Shown here: one piece after another, positions 49,043-59,996 of the stretch | How the letters are laid out: each line of letters opens with the position of its first letter | Numbering within the stretch: position 1 is the stretch's first letter | Assembly: GCA_047495785.1 (NCBI GenBank) | Contig: JBLDXI010000031.1 | Location: forward strand, 1,426,001 to 1,490,000 | Length of the DNA: 64,000 bases | Source of the DNA: Lepidodermella squamata | Taxonomy: Eukaryota; Animalia; Gastrotricha | Reading direction: 5' to 3' | The notes under the pieces: generated by a model | What the model was told of the DNA's origin: nothing | The model's input: the letters and a program-made list of their open reading frames with translations, nothing else | The model's database searches: none | Made by a program: the position numbers and the translations under genes

Positions 49043-50840
49043 TTAGGAAATGTTGGCTGAGTTATCTGCAGGGCGTTGAGTTGCTTCCTCCTCGGGATGT
49101 TCCGCTGGCTCCTCCTTTCCAGGTTCAAGTTCATCTTGAGGTGAGTGAAGCTGGTTCTCTCGGAAGTCATCGACATCCTCATCCTCCTCTTCGATGGGCA
49201 TAGGAGCAGGATAGACCTCAGGACTGGGAGACTCGTTCCTAGAATGCATCGCCTCTTCATACGGCAAGCCAGCGATCAAGCTATCCATCATAACATCGCC
49301 ACGATGTAAAATTGGCACAGTGCTGACGAGAATAGGAAGTCTCAGAGTTACAGGCTTGACAAAGCGAGACTTAACCTCGACTTCAATGCCGTAGCCAACA
49401 TCGATTAACTGACTGTGAAAGGATGGTGACGACGCGACGAGGAGGATGCAGTTGTTTTCGAAGGCTCGAATTTCGCCTTTCGAGATGGGCCTTTGCATTA
49501 TTGAGGCACAGGCGATTGGGGCCATGTATCGAACTTGCTGGACCATGTTAACATCGTCCTGAGCTCGATAGATTTGCTCCTGGACCAGGTAGATCTTACA
49601 ACTGACTGGTTTGTTCGAGTCATTCTTAATGGCTCCATTCAATATAATAAAATCATCTATAGGAAAATTTGCGGGAAAATTTTTGAATCCGAATTAAGAG
49701 TGAAGCCTACTTTCGCAGTAAGACGATCGATCGGTTTTAATGTCGATAGAAATTGATCCGCGAGCGAACATGGTTCGGTTAACGCTAGTGTGGATGTGGC
49801 CAGCGACTGGCGCGCTGAATGGGTCGCCGTTGAGATTTGTGTTGCTTTTGATGAAGATGGATGCGATTGCCTTCCCCATGACGGAATGAACGTTTCGCAC
49901 TTCGACTTTCAGCCAGTAGCGAATATGGCCGTACATGCCTTCGAAAGACGGAGGAAGTCTGTCATTAAAACAAAAGTTAGCTGATGTCTAGATGTTAGAA
50001 TAGTTGGAGAAACTCACTCTTCAGGGAGCTGGAAGGAGAATGGGAAGCTTTGGACACCAGGCCCAAGGGAATCTAGAAAGAGATGAAGAGGGATCTTTAA
50101 ATAGTCTTTCGGAAGAAAAACCTCTGGTTAGATGTACAAAGGAAACCGCCTAATTATTCGAAACAAAAATCGAATCCAAACCGATTATGCGAGCTACAAT
50201 TATATTCATGACCAAGATGATTCTAAAAACGGCCAATAAATTCACCAAATGACCATTTACGGCTAAAATTGGAAAATAGACACCGAAAATGTGTTCAAGA
50301 TAATGATAGGCACGATCCATGAAACCAGAAGCTAATTACAAAGCTATTTCTTTCAAGTCCAAAAACTAGTACAACAAATGTGTTGGCCACTTTAAGTTTT
50401 GAAAAGGCTAAATCTCGTTTTTTGAATGTTGAATTCAAATCTTTGAATCTTTGATAGACAGCATTTCAAACATGACTTTCCATAACGATTAAAGGACATT
50501 TAAGGCCTCAGAAAATTAAGGGTGATAGATGCCCTTGCAGTTGGTCAAGATGCTGGTGAGTCGAGGGCAAATTCAGAGATATCCCCGTGAAGATGAAAAA
50601 ACAAATCTAACCTCGGCCGACTAGAATTGTCCTTTCGAGGTATAAGCATCGATATTCTTCCTGGGCTCTGTGCTTAAATTTGCCCTTCTGCCACGAGACA
50701 TTGCTGAATCCTTCCAACTCGAGGTGAATCTTGTTGAACACCAAGTTATTCGCCGATAACTGGCAAAAGCCGCGGATCACCTCGCCGGGGTAGTAGTACG
50801 ACTTTGGGTTGTTGCAAAATAGCAACAAAACCTGCTTCAT
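49043..50840 (-). CDS. Alpha-arrestin 6; exons approx. 50840-50612, ~50073-50019, ~49958-49711, ~49657-49043
   Basis: YYPGEVIRG, LEGFSNVSW, PGVQSFPFSFQLPE-LPPSFEGMYGHIRYWLKV, DRSSYC, PSFHSQLIDVGY, LPILVSTVP. Confidence 0.87.
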
Positions 50841-52070
50841 TTCTGGATAATATAGTAACACGTCTAGGGATGAATAAGCAAGAAATAGAGGCGAGATGAT
50901 GGACCGCTGGGCATTAGCACGTCGTCTTAACGTGAACATACATGTAGAGCAGCAGCAGCAAAAGGTAAGTTGCAGCATATACACGCATTTTTGGTGCTAG
51001 TAATAACAGTGGCGATTATTTGCTCGCCGAACAAAGCGTTAAGTGTTGTTTGCTGCATGTGCGGCCTGTGTGATGAATGAAGCGCTGTTAATGCGATAAT
51101 ATTACAACTCAAATATCAACACGCCGGCTATGAGAGCGCGATGAGAGATATTGCATGGCCCAGCCAGCAGGCTCGTGTGCCGGTCGCGAGCGTCGGCAGC
51201 TGCGCACTACGTTTTGCTAAGCGCAGCTCGCGCGACGTGTTATTTTTTCGGCCGCGAGAGTATAGCGTGAGAGTGCGCGCGTGGTGGTGAATGACCACCG
51301 TCAAACACTCACCCTCAGACTTACTTTGCGAGGTCCTAAAATGCGAAAAGAATCAATCGCAAGTTAAAAAATCTGGGATCATTAAGAGCAAAAATAAAAT
51401 GAGGTCATGTAATGCAAAAAAGCGATGAAACATCGCAACATGCTGCCATGAGTCACAATCAAAAAAGCATTGCATATTCGTTGGTCTTAAAATGTGAGAA
51501 AGAATATCTATGTCGGAGGAGTTGTACGTTATGCGACATGAACAAATTATTCCTATTTCAAATTGGTAAAGCTAGATCGAACCTCAAACCGCAAATAGGT
51601 AAATCAGGTAAATTTACATAGAGGGAATGTGAATTGTTTAAATCATGACTAGTAGATATCTAGCGAATTTCAGAAGCCAACGCTGCTGGTCCAAAATTTT
51701 CGGCAATTTGAGTTCGGAATATTGTGAGACATGGCTTATTTCATTAGTACATTGCATACAGTTCAAGCCCTTTATTATGAATTTCGTAGTAATGGAATCA
51801 AACAACGCTCAACGCCAGTTTGATTGCGCAATCCAGTTTGACTTCATTACGCCCTTGCCAAAGTGTTTTATCGTTTTTTTTTTGGTGATAACCAGCGCTA
51901 TATATTATTAAATGAAAATAATGCGATCACCTTATCGCTTGGTGTCAAACGTGAAATGCATTTCCGTGATCGACACATGGCAGCAGGTTTTTTCAGCAAT
52001 AAGCTTACATTTACCAATTCCTGACTAAAAGGCACTCGATTCCGCAACGGTCTCTTAAGTTATCGGTGTC

Positions 52071-53015
52071 ATGGCACTCACTTGTGCCCTTTTATTTTCG
52101 ATTCTCTTACCTAGGTTGCCGATGGCAGTTGCTAATGAATGGCCTTATCCTGAAAATCTAGCTGGAGCCTGGCCCCTGAGTGAGCGAACTGGACTCGAAT
52201 CTGTTGCTGGTTCCAGTCGAATCGTTTCGCAAGATCCAGATTGCTCGGTAGTTGCGGTGGATCTAAAAGGACCATTCAATCTTCCGGGCACTTCCTATAC
52301 AGTGAAAAGAGCCGAAGGGTGTGAGCTAGTTCGGTATGAGGTCTCTAACATCACGGTTAACGAGTTCACACTTGCCTTTCATCTGTATCTCTACGATCTG
52401 AGTCGCTCAGGAGGGCTTTTAACTCTCATGTCCGGAGAACAGTGTCTTCTAACAACTAGCTATCGGAAATATGGCGAGCTAGATGCTTGGTATGGCAAGA
52501 CGCTCGTTAACACTTGGTCTATTCCTAAGTTACGAACCAATATCTGGTATTATACAGTTGCCAGCTACTACGAAAAGTTTCATAGGGCGCATTTATTTGT
52601 GTATAATTACGCCGAAGATACGATCAATCCGTACTTTGCTTATGCTTTTGATGTTCATTACGATGCTCATCCCTCAATCGGGATCAATTTGAAGCTCGGA
52701 TCGACTTCTTTGTGCCGTAACGATGCGGATAGTGTTGATTATTTTCCACCATCAGCCGCGATATCCTGCCTTTCACTTCACAACAAAGACTTGGATAAAT
52801 ACGGCCATAGGGCTCTCATGGATCGATGCAAGGATGAACATCGTTTACCGGCGATCAAGACCACTGCGACAGCTCAGGGGGATTCCATAACTAAACCGAC
52901 GTTTCCCCCATCAATTCGCACCACAAATCCAATTAAAAGTCGGTCCCATAAACTAGAACTTAGCTGTATCCTTCTATTAAGTGGGTTATTCTTGCTTATT
53001 CAAATTTTGTTGTGA
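52071..53015 (+). CDS. Intronless secreted, probably GPI-anchored protein with a LamG/ConA-like beta-sandwich domain
   Basis: Signal peptide; LAGAWPL, FTLAFHLY and WYYTVASY resemble LamG-like strands; Thr/Pro-rich stalk; hydrophobic C-terminus with no cytoplasmic tail. Confidence 0.65.
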   Translation: MALTCALLFSILLPRLPMAVANEWPYPENLAGAWPLSERTGLESVAGSSRIVSQDPDCSVVAVDLKGPFNLPGTSYTVKRAEGCELVRYEVSNITVNEFTLAFHLYLYDLSRSGGLLTLMSGEQCLLTTSYRKYGELDAWYGKTLVNTWSIPKLRTNIWYYTVASYYEKFHRAHLFVYNYAEDTINPYFAYAFDVHYDAHPSIGINLKLGSTSLCRNDADSVDYFPPSAAISCLSLHNKDLDKYGHRALMDRCKDEHRLPAIKTTATAQGDSITKPTFPPSIRTTNPIKSRSHKLELSCILLLSGLFLLIQILL

Positions 53016-53612
53016 TGAAGTCGAGAAGAAATCAGTAAATTAGTTATCGTACTTTTAAATGACAGTAAAATTTCGTATTAAATTTTATTTTCAAGAAATT
53101 CCAGATTTTGACATGATTAATTTTTCTTTTCTGATGCGTTGTGTTTCCAATACTTAGCAGTTAGCTAGTAAGTCGTAGAAAGCAGCAAATTTTCACAAAA
53201 GGGTGAACTGGAATAGAATAAATGAAAATTCGAGCACAGGATAGCCGTTCTCAACTCTCATATAAAGATTCGAAAGAGGAGAAAGGACGACGAAATAAGG
53301 CTTCGTTTTAATAAATTAAATGTTGTCAACGCAAGCTTTAATTATTGAAGATTGAAATCCAGATTGACAAACTACATATGATCGAATACATTAGGCTGAT
53401 CACATGCTAATAAAGAATTGTTATCGCCTAAGAAGGCTTAGCCCAATTTTACGAATTCCAGCGGCAGGTAAGTCAGAATTACACAGTAAAGGTAAGAGAA
53501 TAACCAGGCGACTTGATCTAGTGTCTAGTGATTAAATGAATCGCTTTTTCTTCTCACATTCATATCGACATTTCCAGTAATAGATTTCATACACAATATA
53601 TATTGTATGTAA

Positions 53613-55141
53613 TCATTCTTGCATCATTAAAGTCAGGGTGACAATGTCGAGAAATAAATACGCAAAAAATGAAAATACAAAAGCTGTAAAATCCAAGATG
53701 GCTACCAAGCTAATCTTCAGTTTTGAAAATTTCCGATTAATCCAGCGCCTGTCATCACTGTTAGCCAGTCGACACATAGCCAGCGAGTAGATCGTAATCA
53801 AGACGCTGATTGCAGTTTGACAAGTGAGATTAAAGCCGAGAAGGGTGATTTCTGATGTCAACGGTAATTCCGAACTCATAACTTGCATTATAAAGGTCAT
53901 TGCAAGAAAAATAGTCACAGAATATGACGCTCTGTCTGGCATGTCGGGCGGCATGATGAACGAGCTGAGCTGCAGTAGGGTGAGAAAAATCGTCGGGCCC
54001 AAGATTGAAAAGACATAGCCCATGGGTTTCCGCCGAAGAACAAATTCGTAAGAAGCTTTCTTACGAGTGATGTTCTCGTTAATGTCAACCAATTCCCATA
54101 GTTCATTAGGAGATGTTAGGTATGACAAAAAGTCATTTTTATCAGTTGCAAACTGGTCGCCCTTGTCTAAGTAAAATGCCCTGTGATTGCTGTAAATATC
54201 TCGAACAATAATGTTCACTTCACAGGTTTGCGTATCGAAAGGAAAACTGTTAATGCATTCAATTGTATGGTGAATGAAATGAGTGTACGCACAAACCGCT
54301 TAAATGACAGCGAGCAAGAAGAATCGAACTGCGTATGCAGCGACCACATTACTTCGCCATGATCAACTTGCAGCTGCTCAGGTCTGGGAAAGTATATTGC
54401 AAAATAAAGCTTCAAAGTTGTCGATAAAGCTCGCAAAACACTTCAACTAATCTCAACCTTATGAATTCGTTTAAAATCGCAACGCTCAATCGGATACGTG
54501 CCAGCCTGAGTACCGACATGACGGAAGTTTTCTCGAATGGCAATGTTATGCTCTTAAATTCCCTATATTAAACAAGCTATTATAACCAACACTTACGATT
54601 TGAAAGGATCAGTAGGGCCCAGACGATTGGCATGCAGTAGCGCTGGTGTCCACATCTGAGAAGCGGGAATATCGCACTCCTTCATATCACTCACAGCCAT
54701 ATTCGGTCTGCCGTATTTGAGCACAGCTTCACTGCTAATCTGGAAAATATCGCACGAGGTCTCAAGAGACCAGCTAATGTCGACTTGCGCTTGTATGGAG
54801 AATTTCTGATCGACGTCGTCAATGCCAAGGAAGGACGTTGGCTGAAGAAAGATAGTTATCCCCAAATACTGCTCATTGTTTGACGGGTTAGGTCGTAGTG
54901 TTCGCTGGCGTAGCAATTCGCATTTCTCAATCAATACCTGGCAAATCATGTGCCCAGTGCCGATTGTTGGCGTTCCAGAATTTTCCGATTCGGAGTCTTC
55001 AATAGAACCAACAATAGCTGAATTGTTTGCCATGTCCGTTTTGAACGTGGGAACCAAACTCAGCTGCCCATTCAGATTAGCCAGCGTCGTTGAGAAGAGC
55101 AGCAAACGATTCACAAGCTTTGTTGATATTATGAAAATCAT
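53613..55141 (-). CDS. Cys-loop ligand-gated ion channel subunit 2; exons approx. 55141-54597, 54383-54297, 54246-53613
   Basis: WTPALLHAN, spliced Cys-loop CSLSFKRFPFDTQTC, LRRKP followed by four TM helices. Paralogue of subunit 3. Confidence 0.88.
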
Positions 55142-56960
55142 AATTTTTTTCGATACTGTGCCTGAAGACAGAAATTTTTTTGCGGAATTCAATCAATCGA
55201 GTTACAGCTTCTCCGTGGAAATGTTAATATCCTGAAGCGAATTCGGTTCAGGGAGAAAATGTGTAATATCGAGCATTTAATATCCGTTTGAATACTTTTG
55301 AGTTTGTAAAAACCAGTTGACCCAGTTCTCGCTGGCAGCCAACAGTGATAAATTATGTGAATGGATAGATCTTTGGCGAGGGAACGTCGAGGAAACGATG
55401 AGTTAGCAGGCCGAAATAAATAGCCTCTTCTTACTTGTCGGGATCCTGATGCCCGGTCAACGGGACCGAGGTCTCTATTGATTTCATAGCGCGTGGTCGA
55501 GTTTGATCAAACAATTCCTCGTGTTTTGACGCATTATTTCACAAGTAAAAAATATCGTTTAAATCGTCTTTCATAATTGATGCCAGGCGATAAGATGATA
55601 ACGTAACTATTGATGTTCACTGTACTTTCAAGGCTCTCTGACCTCGGTTATTTCTCATCTGCTTTTATATTTTCAGTTTTCAGTTGCTAAGAAAGGTTGA
55701 TATAGATTGAACGTATTTCAAATTATTGATTCATGGGATATTGTTGACTTTCAAATAGTTCAATGCTAAAGCAGTGAACTTTTCTGATTAATAACCAGCC
55801 TGGCTAGTGCAAGATTCCAGTAAGCAAGATTCATTGGTGATATTTTTCATTTTTCAGGGGCCGGCGCTAGCGCCGATCCAGGAAATTGAATTACTTGTAG
55901 CTGAAAGCATACAGGATATTACAGTAGCAGGTAAATCTTGGACTCAACGTTTGAAAACTGTCACATCGGGTCACATCGGAATACTGAAAATTGTTGATAC
56001 GGGTTGAGGCAAGACCGTGCTCCTATTCCTCAGGTTCGCGCATCGGAAAGGAAACCTATAAAATATCCGGGTGGATATCATGGGTCATGGTACTTCATAT
56101 CGGCCTGAAGGACGAATATCGGCCGAGGACACACGGATATGGTTGTTATCCGGGGTCAAAAATTGTCAAAGCGGTGAATAGTATCAAAGTACGGAAAATC
56201 GCTTCTTTTGTTCTAGCGAGGTTGGTCCTATATAATTATGACTGCTCTTTCAGATTTGTTCGTCATCATCAAGGATCAAGGTAATGGGAACATTTCGAAA
56301 TCGAATTTTTCGCTATTATGACTCAGCATTTTACGATTTGCGACGGTTCGCCCTGCAATTCTGTTTTCAAAATTTAATTAGGAATGGCAACTTAATGTGG
56401 TATTTATGGATCCGTCTGAGTCAGGGAATCAGCGCTGAAAGTAGAACATGACACCTGCCAGGGATGCAGCTAAAATTGGTTGAAAATTTCAAACATGTCA
56501 TAACATAATCATGACATGTTCTCTTATAACTCATAACATATTTTCGATTTCACTTGTGGTTTCTATGTCGCGACCATGACATCTCGCGCCGAGTCAGCCT
56601 CGGCAATTTTCTAGTTTCTTGTCGATCTTTCGGCGACCATCGCGTTGAATATTGAATGAAAGAAACCAAGTTGCCAGCATTAGATTAAGATGCGCGAATG
56701 CCGAAATAAATATTTGACGGGAAACAAGATATTAATACGAAACTAACTATAAGTTTCATATCCATCCAGTTTCATCCAGACTTGCTTAGTATGTAAGCTC
56801 ACAGCAGTCGTGATTATTTGCCGACGTCTAGCATTTCTCGTCAAGGAAATGAAATCTCATGAACTCAAGCGCTAAGAGAACATTTCAATTTTGGGTTCGA
56901 GTCTCGCAATCCACATTTTTCAAAAAATTATTATATCGATCAGCAGCAGTAGAGAGAAAT

Positions 56961-58425
56961 ATGTCGGGGGAACTTAGTTTATCTGTAATGTTTTGTCTGG
57001 CGATGGCCTTGGGCTTGAAAGCACAGCCTTTACCTGGAGTTGATCCGGCCGAGTTTCCATTCCCTCCGAGCTTTGGTGAACAATCCACGCCGGGAATTGC
57101 CGATAAGCCAGCTATGCAGACGATGGGGATTCCAGGACCAGGCGTCACAGAACCTGACCCCCTGTCGAAATTCGTAGAATTCAGTTTCCATAAGATTTGT
57201 GAAACGCTCATTCAATACTGCGAAGTAATGCGCCGACGTTCCTTCAAACCGAATCCACAGGGTGGCGACAAAAGAATGCAATTGATAATCATTTTTCAAC
57301 CCTTATCCTTCATCGGCATCAGCGACGTGGAGCAGAAATTTTCAGTACAGGCTCACGTTCAAATCGAATGGTCACTAATTGAATCGTGTCCTGTTGGTCT
57401 TATTGTAGCGTCGGTAGCGAATCAGTATAACATCTCGATGGAACATCCGTCGGCGAGTTCTTGCGACGTTCCGGCCTCGCAAATGTGGACACCCCCGCTG
57501 ATACTCGTCAACCGCGTAGGCTCGACTGATCCACTGAAATCGTAAGTGAGAAACAAAATAGATTTTTCGATGAAGCAAGTATCAGGGTTTATGTTTCACA
57601 ATCCTATATTGAGAACGTTGATACATTATGACTTTTTTCCTAGACCCGAACGGCTGAGGGTCTATCAATCTGGCATGGTTAAGTGGCAACAGCAAACCCA
57701 GTTCGATTCCTCTTGCTATATGTCATTCAGAAAGTAAGTTATTATCCTATTAATGGCTGATAATAAATAGTCTTTTCTCTAACAGTTTTCCATTTGATAC
57801 CCAACGCTGTCAAGTAATATTTTCAATCCTGGGTGTTTTGGGTGACCAATCGTTTTACTTCTCGGTATATGGCCTTGCAAACCATCCGGATATCCCTCAT
57901 TTCAGCAAAATAGCCTCGCCCAATGACATATGGGCCATAGTTGCCTTTAACAACTATTCGGAAGGTGCTCGGGTAGCTTACGAATTTGTTCTCCGGCGAA
58001 ATCCACAAAGCGTCACGTTCACGATTTTGACGCCGATAATTTTTCTAACCCTGCTGCAGCTAAGCACCTTCCTGATGCCGCCTGATATGCCAGATCGCGC
58101 CTCGTATTCAGTGACAATTTTCCTCGCTATGGCTTTTGTCATGCAGGTTATGAATTCAGCTCTGCCTGTTACGTCAGAGACCACTCTCCTAGGCGTCAAT
58201 CTCACTTGTCAAACTGCAATCAGCGTCTCAGTCACCATCTACTCGCTGCTCATGTGCCGCCTGGCCAACAACGATAACTGGCGCTGGATGCAGTCTGAGT
58301 TGAAATCCAAATCGAAATGGAAAATTAGCGCGATGGCCCTAGTTGATTTGTTAGCTTTCGCGGTCACGGTCTTTTCATATCTATCTGTCGATGCTGCAAC
58401 TTTCATTGCAATGACTTCGGCTTGA
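56961..58425 (+). CDS. Cys-loop ligand-gated ion channel subunit 3, ~436 aa; exons 56961-57541, 57644-57733, 57786-58425
   Basis: Signal peptide, WTPPLILVN, spliced Cys-loop CYMSFRNFPFDTQRC, LRRNP followed by four TM helices. Same introns as subunit 2. Confidence 0.9.
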
Positions 58426-59996
58426 ATTGATTACTACAAACATGTACCATACACGCTATATCTATTTTACTGTTTTTATAGGATATTTCGAAGTTCTTGC
58501 AGCGGAAAAGCCGGTAGCACATGCATAGATAATCAAATATCAGTTGTTTCATTTCCGGTGTGCCCTTGAGTGTGGACTTTGAGAAGAATGGTACTCATTA
58601 TTACTACAGAACCTTCTGTTCAGAGAGCGTATTACTGCTAGGGATAGTAGGGACCATGGATCATCCCTATCAGTTCAATCAGTCCACTCGGTCATCTCAA
58701 TCAATGACCAAAGGGAGATTCTTATATCGATTTTCCTTATCCTTACAAGTTCTGCTGTCCTATTTCGCTCTCTGCTGTTGATAACAAATTCTGATTCAGC
58801 TAAAGTATCGTGCGATATAAGTGTAATTACTGCATGCCAAGTAAACCATGTATTTGATACAGCTAAATTTCCCAGTAATTTCTGATTTAATATCCTTCAC
58901 CCTTCACATACTGGATTAATAGTTCTCGAGGCGAATTTCTGCTCTAAATATGCTGAAACTGATTTGCCGGCTTATATTTTTCTATATTTCATCGATAATC
59001 GATTGGCTTTCAAAGTAAAAATTCAACTGTCGAAATCAATGATAAATCTGAGCGTTTAAATATCACGAGAGAATGCTTTTCAATGGCAAATAGACGTGAA
59101 TATACTAACGGAAAATATCTGCATTTCTGCAAACCTTCCCGATCGTGATTTCCTGCGATACGTGAATCGCTTTGGAATAGCGCTCTTGGAAGCGCATGGT
59201 CGAAAAGCATTTGATATACAAAGAAATGATTCACTGTGTGGCTCGTTGAAATGCGGAACCATCGAACATGGGGCTTCTTCATTTCCCGTCTTTCCCTCCC
59301 ATTTCCCACCACTCAAATGGGCCATGAAAGCAATACCTAAAGTATACTAATCAAAGGGCGGTCTGTATTCTGCATGATCTTTCACCTCTAATTATTGGTA
59401 GTAGGGGGTTCGAATTCACTATATAATAGATGCTCATTGAACTGATTGTTCATATAGCGGCTTCTCAGTTTCATCTTTGAAGGTTAAGTACGCCAAGATA
59501 CTTTATTTTATTTTGTGTTTTATCGCCGGGATAAAATCTCCGTTGCTAAAGAAGAGTAAAGAACAGCTTGGTCGCAATGAGGCTGGAGTGAAGATTGTTT
59601 TCATGAAATTAGCTATCATGAAATCCTAATACCATTTCGATACCTTGATTGAAAGGATCATATTTTTATTTATGTAAGCGGGACGCGTCCTTCATCTTTT
59701 GATTATTTATATAATCTTTCCCATCCAAATTTCACGCTAAATTCCCGTAAAAAACACAGCGTTGAATAGACCTGCTAGGGGCGGCCAATGGGCACGTGCA
59801 TTTTTTGAGAGCCCCCTTCAGAGGCACTCCGTGAAAGGAAAACCGCGTCTTGAAGTGCGCACTTTTCAGTCACGCGAAACATAGCAACTGCGACTCTGAA
59901 TTAGCAATGATTTATATTACTTCACACCGAAACAAAACACGCGATAATATATACCTTCGCTTATTGAATAAACGCAGTAATTAAGTGCGCATTGAA

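Noticed and set aside
55855-56300. Possible element starting CAGGGGCCGGCG between the head-to-head channel genes
   Set aside because: No matching right-hand inverted terminus was found.
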